Shown here piece after piece: positions 26,246-38,843 of a stretch of DNA of 64,000 nucleotides. Source of the stretch: Mytilus edulis. Lineage: Eukaryota. Every line of letters begins with the position of its first letter. The first letter of the stretch is position 1. The stretch is taken from the NCBI RefSeq assembly GCF_963676685.1, contig NC_092354.1, positions 64,790,001-64,854,000 of the forward strand, in the 5' to 3' direction. The notes under the pieces were generated by a model, which made no database searches, was not told the origin of the DNA, and was given only the letters and a program-made list of their open reading frames with translations. The position numbers and the translations under genes were made by a program.

Positions 26246-26970
26246 TTAAGTCAAAATCATAAATAAAAGATTATAATTATAAAAGTCAACGCACGATTGT
26301 TTTATAGTTAAACTAAATCATTCAAGTATAGAAACATGAGCATTGTGTTCATTTTGAAGTGTCATATGACGTTATGGGAACTAAGATTACAAAATATATA
26401 TTACTAGATAGCATTTTATAATGTTTAATAGCATATATAGGATAACTGACATCTGTTGGGAAAAACCTTAATAATGTTAAAAAAAATGGTGGCTGAGTTT
26501 GTTATAGCAACTCTATTATCAAAAGAATGTATCTACAACTATGCTATTGGTGTTGCTTTAGGACATTCAATTGCATATCCCGTCATGATGAGGAAATTGT
26601 TATTTCGTATGTACAAAACGTATCGAATAAGTATCATTTAACTGTTTAGTTAGTTCAATATCATATAAATACTTCATATGTTATTTGAATTGTAAACAAA
26701 AGAATAAAATAATTGGTTATCGCCCTTAATGAGTTTTAACTTAATTTAATTTCTTGTTAGACGAAACGTTTACTTTTATAACTAAATGGTATGATAAAGG
26801 TTGATTCTTGTCTTTCTTAAAACTTGTTTACAATCGTACATTGTTGTGATCTTTTAGTTAAGATAAAATATTTGAAAGATCTTCTCCGTAGTATGGTAAT
26901 ATAATGCCATGGCTTGTTGATTTCATTTATAGTATACACCTATATATAGTTTTCAAAATAAACTACTTGT

Positions 26971-27269
26971 GGAGATTTAAATCAACATGTCTATGGTCTC
27001 TTACATGTTATACAAGTATACTGGTGTGTCCGCGATAATAAGTATCCAAGTCTTTGTTTCGAGATTGGGTCTGATTCTGAGATGAGTCAAATGTGGTTTA
27101 AAAGTATGACATATAGATCATGAGGCGCAATGCCACCCTCCTGTGGGTCGATATGTTAAATACATAAAGCAATTATCGTGATCCAGTACTGTTAATGTTG
27201 ATTTTAAACGGTGCATCTAGCGGGAGGACTGAATGTTACCGAGACCTGTTGATTTCACATCTTCGTTTT
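26971..27269 (+). ncRNA. Candidate Pol III panhandle ncRNA, copy 5 (~299 nt, most divergent)
   Basis: GGAGATTTAAATCAACATGTCT ... AGACCTGTTGATTTCACATCTTC then GTTTT; AAAUCAACA/UGUUGAUUU is fully paired despite sequence change; TATATATA at 26941-26948; upstream TATGGTAATATA; internal stems TACTGG/CCAGTA and CGCGATAAT/ATTATCGTG. Confidence 0.68.
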
Positions 27270-28145
27270 GTCGAAAGTAACATACTTTCAACTCTCATGG
27301 TCAGTTCTACACGCAATATTATTTCAATTTAACTAATATGCAATGATTATGCTGTTTATATTTAAAGCAATAAACTCTTTAAGTCGCCGTGTATACATAG
27401 TACATTATGAAGTGTGAAACTGTTGTATTTATGATAAGTTTATATGAATTGGTGAATAACAATGTCCTTATTTTTCTAAATATATTTTCACAAATTTGAT
27501 AGATATAACAGAAAAACTTTTGCAAAATTTGCATCCTGTTTTCGGGCATTTTATTTAGCATTTAAGCTTTCGTATGGTAACAAATACGTGACAGAATTGC
27601 CAGTCTAACAATGAAGCTGTAATACTGAGGACTCCAGGGATATACAAAAATTATCTGCGTCATAGATTAAGGTCAAATTCATGTAAGAGATTATTTTACT
27701 ACAAGTAAAAATCATTAAATGATATGACCAAAGGAAACCAATTAAAGATACCAGGCTTTGACCAAAAACCAAATACGGTTTTATCGACATTTCCAATATA
27801 CTGGTGGTGTTAAGGTAACATTTAATTCACCCAGGTAACAATACAGAGAAACTGTGGTGGTGCTATATGAATGCTTAAACAAAAAACATGATATCTTTTA
27901 AATCTACATGAACTATCCCATAGAGGTCGAATTAGTCACTAGCAAGTAAATAACGATGTTTCTTAGCTGATTTTGACAAAATTGAACTAAACTGGATGCT
28001 GCAAGTGAATTGTCATTTCAATTTTTCACTTTCATTAATGATTAAACATAACAAAAATCATTTTTGTCATATATCTTATAACTAGTAATTTTACCAATAA
28101 AGACATATTATCAATGCAACGTCACTAATTAATATAAAGATTTAA

Positions 28146-28819
28146 AGGGGCACTAGCTACGAGATATATAAAAAATCTAAAGTTTGATTTTTTTCTTTTT
28201 AATCAATAATGAAAGTGAAATAGTGAAATAACAATTCACTTTTTGCAGCCAAAAAGGTTAAATTTTGTCAAATTACGCTAAGAAACATTGATAATTAGTT
28301 ATTCACTTGCAAGTGAATGAGTCGACTTCTTTAAATCCGTATTCATGTGAACTTCAATTTAACCCCTAGCTAGAGATTGACAACGCAAGCATTGTACGTG
28401 TACTGGTTATTTAAAGAAACAGAATGTCAACAATGAAAGTTAAACTACGGTAAATCATTTGACTATTAATTCGATGCACATAAAATAATTCTTATACGGT
28501 TAAAAACAATGAGAAACATCTATTTTTAATCTATAAAATAAAATCAAACAGACCTATAAAAACCCAATTGCACGTGTTAGTTTGATTTATTCATATCTTT
28601 ATTTATGTTTATATCGCTTATATGGTCAAATCGATAGTTAATTAGATGACATCTGGACTATAAAACACACGAAACGAACCTATATATTATCTACCCCATG
28701 CTCTTTAAACTGTTTATTTTAGACTTTTGATAGTTTGGATAAATGTTTTACATTGTTATAAATCAAATATGAGAATTTGAGTCAAATCAGTGACCATGAA
28801 TTTGACAGCTAGTGCCCCT
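28146..28819. mobile_element. MITE with TTAA target-site duplication (Kolobok-like)
   Basis: TTAA|AGGGGCACTAGCT ... AGCTAGTGCCCCT|TTAA. Confidence 0.88.
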
Positions 28820-29959
28820 TTAATATTCATCCTATTTTGTTTGTTTGTTTAGTTCAATTATTGTTGTCATTATAATGAAATTTAAAGCGACTCTCGTGCA
28901 TGTGAGAGATAAAGCTAACTTTAACCCCAGGTTTTATTCACCATTTTCTACTTAAGGAAATGACTTTACCAAGTCAGGAATATGAAATTTGGTATACATT
29001 GTATATGTTAAAACTCTGATCGACGTCCGGCCTCTAATCGACGTCCGTTTCTCAAATCGACTGCTAAATCTGACGATACATTCGCAAATCGACGTCTTAT
29101 ATTTTGATACCTTTATCGCTATCCAATATGACGGCATGTATTGACAAAACTACGTATGATTGATTGTAGTCCTCTCTAATCGATGTACAATGTCTATGAA
29201 TAATAAATTCCTGGACTTATTTGTTAAAATGTACATGTTTTGTAGGGTTTAAACATTTATACCTACTTTCCATATAGATTTTTTCAACCCGAAATAAGTA
29301 TCATGCCATGCATATTAAAGTTTATCTTGATAAAAAGTTAATCGAATCGATCTACATAGTAGTGTGTCATTCCTATTCATGTTAATAAATGACATGCATG
29401 TAAGTGTATGTCAAGAGAAAGCAACCTAACGACTAATAACACCAAACGAAATCTATAGGACAATATGTTATCTTCAACAATAGAAAAAATAATTAAGTAC
29501 AGCCAATGGTTTTTTTTTTGTATTATAATTCGATAAGATACTTTACAACAAATTTCAGATTTTTAAACCTGGAGTGAAACATATACGCAAGAAATTGGCA
29601 TTTTTTATGTTGTGCTGTTACACAACTGTTCTAGGTTGTATGCTCATACACACATTTAACCCAGATATATTCTTTATGGGCCTGTAGTACAGTAGTTTTC
29701 TGTCTGTCATTTTTGTCTTTCGAATTTTTTTTTTATAAATAAGACCGTTAATTTTCTTATTTGAAATGTTTGCATCATTCGTGTCATAACACATCTCCTT
29801 ATTTTTATGCAATCTCTGAAATTAAAAAAAAAATGATATCACTACCTGTTTACATATTTAGTTTAGTATATTGTAAGTCTTTAAAAAAAAACTTTATTTT
29901 TAAATAGATCCTATTTGTCACCGATAATATGTTTAAAGGTCTAAAAGACAACTGTTTTA

Positions 29960-30260
29960 TGTGGAAATCAGCATTGTATGTGAGTTTCATGTCATTAGTT
30001 GAGGTAAACTAAAATGAGAGTACGGAAACAAAAAATTCTGCAATTTGTATTTCTAAAAAGGAGAGTAATCTGTTAAAGTGACGCCACCCAATATCCAACT
30101 TGATCTGTGTTGTGTAAAGTTTTATAACATTTGGTTGATGCAAACTAAAGTTAGAGAACGGAAACCAACTTTCAGGACGGACGCACGCACGGACGGACGG
30201 ACGTACAGATGGACAAGGGTAAAGCTTAATACCACGTCTGCTTCAGCTGGGCATAAGAAG
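29960..30260. repeat. Dispersed repeat with (GGAC)n microsatellite near one end
   Basis: GGACGGACGCACGCACGGACGGACGG followed by GGGCATAA; a related arrangement occurs at 58970-59360. Confidence 0.5.
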
Positions 30261-31479
30261 GTTAACTTTCATCGTTTTAGGCCAGAAACTCGCCTGTAAA
30301 TAAATAATAGGTCACCGTGGACCCCTTTACTCAGAATAATAAAGATCCTTTCAGGGTTTTCTATTTATAACAACTTTCATGATGATAGACATTTTCATCT
30401 TGCATTTTATTCCTATAATATATTTTAGCCGTGCAAACCATCATAGGATACATTTTTAAAGTACATATTCCAATGATGATTGTTTCCAAATCTTGTTTGA
30501 CGAGACGTCTGGTTACATTTTAGACGCTTAAGTGTGTTAACTTCACTTGAATCAATCAGTTTGTGTTAAAAATTTGAACTGATTTGGTCAATGCAAATAC
30601 TAAAATTAGAGCTCAAACATGAATATATATAAAATCTGCTCTACATTTCATTTTTAGAATGTTTTAGTCAAAAATGGAAGTTGCCAAATTCATGTTCTGT
30701 CTCAACATTTATATATGTAAGTGCTACCACTTCCATTTAAGAAAAAAAAACGTCTTACAATGAGCACAAATGCAAAATATTTTAGTATTTTTGCATGACA
30801 TAATGACTCAATTTCCTGACGCGTGTTTCAATGTGTTGTCATAGACGACTCATATTTATCTAACACACGCTTTCTACCTTTTTTATAAATAGCGTTAGAG
30901 TTAAAAAAAAAAATTAATAATTCTATATTTTGGGCCCAAAAAGGGGTCCTGATTGACCTAGTCTGTTCGATTACTAACGTCAAAGGAGAGTTTTGTTTAA
31001 AGTTAACAATGACTAGCACTTTTTATGAGTAAATTCTAATTGGCTCTGAGACTCTATTAGAATAACTTTTTTCTAAACACACAACGGATTTTTTTCATAA
31101 TTTTTTGTTTAAATCTTCCACTGAATATATATAAACATAGCAATGAACAGATGCAGGGTAGTTCTATTAGTTAGGACAGACCATTTTGTATTTTGTGATG
31201 GGGATAATAGATGTTTAATGAAATGAATGTGATAGTGTTTCGATTTGAAGATAAATAATATTGGCCAAATCATGCTAAATTCAGCCCTATTCTACTATTT
31301 AGTCGTCAGTCGCTACCCTGATATACTCTATCTTTTGTTTTATTTTTCAGTTAGTTAATACGGATAGCGTTTGACATCTTTAGCCGAACATATTTATCAT
31401 TTTACAGCCTCATTTTATGCTAGTTCATATTCTGGACGCTAGTCTGTGTTCCTTTATAACATGTATAATATAATCAACA

Positions 31480-31750
31480 CATTTTTGCACCTGTCCAAAG
31501 TCACGAGCCTCTGGCCTTTGTTAGTCTTCTATGATTTTCAACTTTAGTTTCTTGTGTAAAATTTGGAGTTTAGTATGGCATTCATTATCACTGAACAAGT
31601 ATATATATTGATTAAAGAGCCAGCTGAAGGACGCCTCCGGGTGTGGGAATTTCTTGCTACATTGAAGACGTTTTGGTGACCTTCTGCTGTTGTCTGTTAT
31701 ATGGTCGGATTGTTTTCTCTTTGACACATTCCCCATTTTTTTCTCAATTT
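31480..31750. repeat. Dispersed repeat (GCCTCTGG..TTTGTTAGTC / TTGACACATTCCCCAT family)
   Basis: Related copies at 40140-40260 and 56090-56370. Confidence 0.7.
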
Positions 31751-34700
31751 TATAAAAAATTTAAATGCACATCAGCAAAAACCGGTTTAAAAAAGAAAAA
31801 CGGTGTTTACGCAATGAAAAAAATTCCCACGAAAAAATATGTAATAAATAATCAAGTCTTATAACGAGTAAAAATGAATATTTTGTCTATGCACAACTTC
31901 TTTGCTCTAAAGGCCAACCCAACCCAAAGAAAAAAGACTGGTCGATCTCTTAGCATTGATATTCCTTTTCTCTTCTTCTTGTAGATTCAAAAGACCTGTC
32001 TTCAAAATAACATTTGGTTGTTTTCTGGACAGTTGTCATATCAGCCGACATCTTTAAAATGCTTGTATATATGTGAAATCAGTCTCATGAAATTAAAATT
32101 GCTATATAATTTACTATTCTGGAATAGTCATGTGTTCATAATATTATTTTTTTTTTCTGTTTTTTCTCCCAATATTCTGTTGCTGTGCAGTTTTTCTAAA
32201 TGATTGAATGATTTCTATGCTTATTCAATATAAATAGATGGTTGCTTGGCAATTTCCAAATATAAATAAATTGTTGCTAGGCAACACTTTAAATGAATGA
32301 TTGTTCACAACTCATGTGAAGACAGCCCTAGACTTTTTATGTAAGGTCTATTTAATAGTTTATATAGTCCTGAATGAAATCATGTATGGTGTTGCTAGGT
32401 ACTATTTTTATAAAATAAGGGTGGTTGCCAAGCAATTTTGATATGACCTTGACTCTTTATTTTTCATAATTTAATAAAAAGTGTCGTAAACGCCTGAATA
32501 TTTTCTCCATATATAGTATGCCTCTTTCTATTACATTTTCGTTCGAAATTCAATTAATATACACAAGGTCAAAAGTCAAGGTCATCAATGACCTTTGACC
32601 TTTGGACAAATTTATGGTAATTTAATTGCCAAAAGTTTGCACATCATAATCATTCAATAATTAGTACTTTTTGATGATTATTTTAATAACATGGCCACAT
32701 TTTAGAGGTAAAAAGGCAAAAATAACACATATTTGTTTCCATAGCAACCATCCTAGAACCCAATTTCCCAGACATTTTTTTTTCTTATTAAAAACATTAA
32801 TACTTTTCATTCATAACCACAGGTTTAATGGAGGTGGATGCAAACATTTCTTTTTTGTTCATACAAAATGTGTAAAATTTGTCTTTTGAACTATATTGAA
32901 AAATGACCTTTGCTTCTGCGGTTGTGACAATATTCAGCCAAAATATTTCGAGCCAAAATATTTCGTATATATGACATTGCTTTTTGTTTGTTGAGTTTCA
33001 AGTTACTGAAAAATATTTATAAATATCATTACAGAAAACCTGGTTTTGATTACGAATGACTGAAAGTTGTTGTTTTTTATCGATGATAAATTCCTAAAAA
33101 ATGGCGGGAAATCTTATTCACTTGGTTGCCATGACCTAGCAAAATTTTGGTGGTCATTTTCTTACTTAATTACATGATCACATGTTTTGACTAAGTTTCA
33201 TGAAAATCGGTGACCATGTGTGCCGGACTTCCTATATAAAATGGTTGGTGGTTACAGAGAATTGCTTTTAATTAAAACGCATTATTATCAAGACTACAGA
33301 CTAGGCACATACCAGGGGCGAAGTTAAACTAGTTTCGTATTCGGGTTGATTTTTCTTTGTGTGATAGGTTTCATCTGCTCATCAACGTGTGTATTATTGT
33401 TGTGATTACGATTTTGTCCTAGGCATCACTTCAGAGACACACTTGTCAAAATGCAAATCTGGTGAGATAACATTGGTACCATTATAAATGCTATTAAAAC
33501 TACTTGGTCGATACCAATGCTGATGGACTGTGTGTCCTCGTAGTAGCCTTTATGAAACATCGATTGTGTTGGACATAAAATCTTTAAACAAACAAACAAA
33601 TAGATTTAGGAGTTATCTTTATCATGCATAGCTTTAATTCCATTACCAAATGTGGCTAAAGTGTTCTTCATATGAACAAGGTTTTGGATTTTTAAGTAAT
33701 TAATTTTGGCAATGGGCACCGCTAATATTGGTACCCTGTAATGTTTCAAGAAAATGGCACTTCTCTATATTCTGCATTTTCTTATATTTAAAAACCTTAA
33801 AGTACTGTCATTGATCTAGTTTTTTATATGGACTCAATTGATATTTAGATCGTTGACATCTGATTTGCTCTTTCATAGGAGTTGTTAATACATAATTTTA
33901 TGTTAGAAAATTGGTTCATTTTGTGCATTATTAGATAATCAGAGGTATAGTGTCAGTTTCTTAAAAAGAAATACTGCAAAACCTGCAAAACAACTCATCA
34001 ATAAGCTTTTGCAATGTTTTTTTAATAACAGTTACAATGGATTATTCTCTTTTTTTCTTTCGAAATACGCAAAAAATCTCATCAAAATTCTTGGCTTATA
34101 TTTCATGTTTCGAGCGCCATGTTCGTCCCTTCGAGACTAACCAGTGGTGTTCAATGGAAAACAAATAAATAAATTGCGAATTTAAAGATCTTAAAAACTA
34201 AATATTTAACAATGTATCCATATAATTGTAATTTAGAGGATTTTAATATTTTTATTGTTACTAGTTTTGATTTTTTAAATTAAGTTAGTAAGTAAATACT
34301 TTAATATTTAAATGTTGACCATTTAAATTAAATAATTCGAATCCAAAAAATTGAAATACTAAGTTGTATAATTACTTGAAGAACTTCATTACAAAAACAA
34401 TTAGCTAAATGCTTGATGAAGATTTTTTGAAGGGTTTTTAAAAAGTACAGAAAAGGAGTAACCTTTTCAACATAACTTTGTCTGAGAACGTTGGAATCTT
34501 AGTGTCAGGAAAAGCAGTCCACCAACAGTGGTACTGACCCATTGTTGAAAAGTGATAAATAAAGGCAACAGTAGTATACCGCTGTTCAAACTCATAAATC
34601 CATGGACAAAAAACACAATCGGGGTAACAAACTAAAACTGAGGGAAACTCGTTAAATATAAGAGGAGAACAACGACACAACACTACAATGTAACACACAC

Positions 34701-35041
34701 AGAAACGGACCAAGCATCAGACAAAATCCCATGAGAATAATAAAATTGTTCTTAATTCTGTGCATCCACAATATGTTATTATCAACGTAATTAGATGGAA
34801 TTAAAATCGAAGTTTTAATACAGTGCTGATACATACGGTAATTTGAATGAAGTTATATAGAAAATCTTATGAAAAAAAACTGTATTCCCTTGACAACTAA
34901 GTAGAATGCAACTTATTTTAAAACTATAAGTTTATATATTATATCAATCTAATACGGCTATTCCTCTAGCGAAACGTGAGAAAATAAAGGTAAAAAGACA
35001 ATTTAAAACTGAAATCAGAATGAAAAAAAAACTTGAATAAA

Positions 35042-37363
35042 TCATGCTACTGATATGTCTGTACTGCTAGTCATCATCATTTTATCTATTCTTCGTTGTA
35101 CCTCTGATATTCTCTGGTCCACTAAAAGCATACTGGGATAACTATTTACAGAGAGTTTTGCTCTTGGTTTTATTGGAACAGTTAGTTTTTGTCGCCCTTC
35201 ACGACTGTTTTCGATGATGGAACGTTTGACATTCTCGATTTCGTTATTTTTCAACGAAACTCCCGTTATATTTTCTACAGTGGTTCTTTTTGGATCCTCT
35301 TGTGTTTTAAGATTTCGAAAACCTTCTTCTATTTCAGCCATTTTTCCAAAGTGATGTTTTGTTTTAGTATTATTTTCAAGTTCTTTAATCTTAGTTTTTA
35401 GTGACACTTTTGTATTTACTGCCCCTGTCCTCATCTCTGGTGGTTTGACTTGAGTTTTGTCTACAAGAAGTACCTGTTTAGTAGTTGGGAGGTTCGGTAC
35501 AGAATGATTCGTTGACTCTTTATCTGTTTTCTCCTTGTTTTTACTCTCGCTTTCATCGTTTCCTATCCTTTTCGGCTTTTGAATTGTAGAAAATAGAAAC
35601 TCGTAACGTTCTTTCTTATCCTTATTCTTTGAAATTTGACCTTCCGTCATTTTTGAATATGGATTGTCAAATTTTGCATTTACAGGCTCCTCGTTATTTT
35701 TTTCACTCTTTGGTTCTATGTCTTTCATTGTTGAATTTTTGCTCTCTGGAGATTTGTTTTCGAAATGGACAGTTTTATTTGTTATATTATCTTTCACTAT
35801 TGCGAGGGGCTTGATGCCCATAATTTCTTCAACTTCCGGTTGTCCGAGTTCAAGACTTTTTGGAATCAGCCGATCAGATAATGTGATTATTTGTTTCTTT
35901 TCTTGTAAACGGTTTATTGAGCTGAAATTACCCTTTAGTGTTTGAGTTAGAGTTGGTTTGATTTGTCCAGGTTTTGATGTGTCCTTACGATCTGAATTAC
36001 CTGCGCGGGCGGCATGATTGTATTTTTGAATTGCTTTTTCGTTAATTTTCGTTGGTGTTTCTGCAATATCCTCAGGTTTTGTTGCTTGTGATTTCTGTTC
36101 AAAGTCTCCATCCGAATTCTTTGTTTGCTTATTGGAAATGTTTGGATCGTAAGGATTATTTTGTCTGTTATCTCTACGAAGATTGTTGTCATTATTACTA
36201 ATTTTCTTTCTTGGTTTTTCTCTATCTTGTTGTGTTTGACTAAACTCCGCACCGTTTGTTACGCTTTCGGCTTTGTTCAGACGATATTTTATACCGACAT
36301 CCGTATCTGTTTTTCTACATGTGTTTTGAGTAGTTTGTTTTAAAGCATAACTATTCTTTTGAGGAACATAAAAACGTTGAAACTGTTCGGAGTTAGAACG
36401 TCGCATAATATTTTGTTTTACTACGTTTTCAGTAATACGTTGTTTTGTGATTATTCTAGGGGTAATTTTCTTTTTGCCTACGTCTAGTAAAATAGGATCT
36501 TCTTCGTTTACAGTTGATAATGTCGTCTTTACAACGGGATTATTTATTGCCTTTTTGGTCAGGTTTTTATGCAATTTATCTCTTCCACTTGGATAATCCT
36601 TGTTTTCCCAGTCTACCTCAAATTTTTGTTGAGATTTATAAACTTTATTGCCGTCGCCTTGTTTTGACTTTTCAAGCGACTGTTTTTTCTTCTCAACTGT
36701 CTTTCGTCCAATTTCCCAAAGTTTTCTACTAGATACTTTCTTCCCACTTTCAATACGTCTCGCAGCCATAAGTTTATGCTGCCAAATCATACGCTCCTGT
36801 ACAATCTTTTTCTCAATGTATGATATTCTGCGTTCAGCTTTTACAATATCTTTATTTCTTTCCTGTTCAGCAGTTGTAACTCTGCGCATAAACAACTTCC
36901 GGTCCTCCGCGTGTTTCTTTTCTATTGTTTTTATTCGCGTTCTCGTCTCCTCTCTTGACTTTTCTGCTCTTTTTTCGATATTCTCTATGTTTTTGGCAAT
37001 TATCTTTGATTCCTTTTTAATGTGTTCTTCCATATGTCTAGTGCTCCTATTAGAAAGAGAAGAACTCAGTCTTTTCCTTCCCTCAATTTTTCGTTCTCTT
37101 AACTTCAATTTTTTCTTGTTTGATATTTTCTCTTTTTCGATATTTTGAACAAACATTTCCATCAGTTCTTCGTCTTTTTTCATCCTCTCCTTCTCTTGCT
37201 CTTTCCAAGCTTTTTCTTTTCTTTCAGTAATTTCTCTTTTATGTAGTTCCTCTTGTCTGATATTCCAGGCTATACACGCTTGATAAATTTGTCGTTCCTT
37301 CTCCGTCTGTTTTTTTCGCTCTTCAATTTTCTTACGGTACAAAATGTCAACAGCATTACCCAT
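35042..37363 (-). CDS. 773-aa protein: N-terminal 18-residue-repeat helical region plus long low-complexity K/N/T/E-rich tail; single coding exon
   Basis: 2.3-kb ORF; acceptor tttcttttcaacag at 37427 with an in-frame TGA before the ATG; repeats RIKTIEKKHAEDRKLFMR / RVTTAEQERNKDIVKAER / RISYIEKKIVQERMIWQH. Confidence 0.85.
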   Translation of the reverse strand: MGNAVDILYRKKIEERKKQTEKERQIYQACIAWNIRQEELHKREITERKEKAWKEQEKERMKKDEELMEMFVQNIEKEKISNKKKLKLRERKIEGRKRLSSSLSNRSTRHMEEHIKKESKIIAKNIENIEKRAEKSREETRTRIKTIEKKHAEDRKLFMRRVTTAEQERNKDIVKAERRISYIEKKIVQERMIWQHKLMAARRIESGKKVSSRKLWEIGRKTVEKKKQSLEKSKQGDGNKVYKSQQKFEVDWENKDYPSGRDKLHKNLTKKAINNPVVKTTLSTVNEEDPILLDVGKKKITPRIITKQRITENVVKQNIMRRSNSEQFQRFYVPQKNSYALKQTTQNTCRKTDTDVGIKYRLNKAESVTNGAEFSQTQQDREKPRKKISNNDNNLRRDNRQNNPYDPNISNKQTKNSDGDFEQKSQATKPEDIAETPTKINEKAIQKYNHAARAGNSDRKDTSKPGQIKPTLTQTLKGNFSSINRLQEKKQIITLSDRLIPKSLELGQPEVEEIMGIKPLAIVKDNITNKTVHFENKSPESKNSTMKDIEPKSEKNNEEPVNAKFDNPYSKMTEGQISKNKDKKERYEFLFSTIQKPKRIGNDESESKNKEKTDKESTNHSVPNLPTTKQVLLVDKTQVKPPEMRTGAVNTKVSLKTKIKELENNTKTKHHFGKMAEIEEGFRNLKTQEDPKRTTVENITGVSLKNNEIENVKRSIIENSREGRQKLTVPIKPRAKLSVNSYPSMLLVDQRISEVQRRIDKMMMTSSTDISVA

Positions 37364-37473
37364 GGCAACTTTTCTATCAAGTCCATTTCCTTGTCATAAC
37401 GACTGGTATGCATTTGGTGTGTTTATCTGTTGAAAAGAAAACATTATCTAATAAATGCCTGTAATATTATTAG

Positions 37474-37563
37474 AAATAACATCAAAAATGTGGTACACAC
37501 TGAATAACACGCGTAGCAGGTTATTTTCAATTGTGCACCACATTTTTTATGTTATTTAGAATA
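37474..37563. repeat. Fold-back element
   Basis: AAATAACATCAAAAATGTGGTACAC ... GTGCACCACATTTTTTATGTTATTT. Confidence 0.7.
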
Positions 37564-38701
37564 GACAGAACAAATGTTACAGTCATTTCTTTTTATTTAA
37601 TTCTAAATTCCATTTTAAACCGGAGTAAATCATGAAAAAACGATGACAACGTCGAGGTCACATGACAAAATGATGTCTATGAGCTGATACACAAAACAAC
37701 GTCAGCCGATCAGAAGACGCGTAATATTCAAAATTAAATTATAAAAAAAAATGTATTTCTAACTAACAGATCCGAATCAAGAAAGGTATCTAACACAAAA
37801 AGCTGAATAAGTTGTGAAACATGTCATATATTAAATGTGTGGTCTAAATTTGTTTGCTGCAGGAATGCATTGACCTTATTTACATAGCTTTTTAAAATCA
37901 TTTGATCTGACTAATTGTGTATTTAAACGTTATATTTATTTAAATAATAATGAATATTTAACCAAATAAGATCAAGTACCTTTTTTTATTTTGTTAAAAA
38001 CACTTCAGACGCATGAAATTATGAAACGTGTTGTTTCAATTTTTTAATGTCTATATGTTTTTTAAGACATGCATCTCATCCTCTTTGACATCATTTAAAA
38101 ATATATAGGACAGTGGATATGTTAGGGACCTGGTCAGAACTCTCATTTCTTTATTTGTTCTTTTTTTTTTTTTAGATCTTTCTTCTACATTTGTTTTATA
38201 ATTATTTTGCCCAATATTCTAAAGTCCTCTTCTATTAGCACTCTATTACTGTTAGTTAGCTTTTCGCCATTTTTCTCTATTATTTAATCTGTGTTTGTCC
38301 TTTAATCTGCACTGTTTGACCATAACCATTATTCTTTTAATCCCATATAGACCCTTAGAAAATAGTGGTGTTTGGTTGTCCTTAATTTGAATCTAAATTG
38401 TTTTTAAAGTTCATTAAAAAAAAAACATTTTAGTTCAAAGTTTCACAAAATCAACAGTACTTTATAATTTTGTTGGCTCTTTTATTATTTCTATGATATT
38501 CATTAAAAATATGTCTTTCAACATAAAGACAGTATTTGAGGGATTTTGTTTGTTTTTGTTTTTTAGGCCGGGGAGGGATATCGTGTGAAATTTATTGCTA
38601 AGCAATAACACGCTGCAAACAGATTTCATATTTGAAACAAACATTCTGGCTTAATATGAAGCAAGAATCATGTCAAGATAGATTCTAATTATTTTACATT
38701 C

Positions 38702-38843
38702 TATACTATAGGGTTATTGCATAAATATTGGGGAATATTGTCCGGAGTAAAATTTTATATTGCACGAGCTTGCGACTGCAATATATATGTTCTACGAGGG
38801 ACAACATTCCCCAATATTCATGCAATAATCCTTTTATTGTATA
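38702..38843. repeat. Fold-back element
   Basis: TTATTGCATAAATATTGGGGAAT..TGTCC ... GGACAACATTCCCCAATATTCATGCAATAA around a central TTGCACGAGCTTGCGACTGCAA. Confidence 0.75.

Noticed and set aside
10424-27269. Alternative reading of the five units as protein-coding exons, MITEs or a CRISPR-like array
   Set aside because: No conserved reading frame on either strand. No TSDs, and the shared flanks show tandem duplication rather than independent insertion. The stem relies on G-U pairs and has fixed TATA spacing. Units are kilobases apart with inverted rather than direct repeats, and there are no cas genes.
32240-33135. RFX X-box-like motifs (GTTGCTAGGCAAC, GTTGCCAAGCAA, GTTGCCATGAC)
   Set aside because: They appear to lie within a repeat-like block 3' of the nearest gene, with no evidence of promoter function
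37346-37363. N-myristoylation signal MGNAVD on the 773-aa protein
   Set aside because: Asp at position 6 is unfavourable and the start codon is unverified
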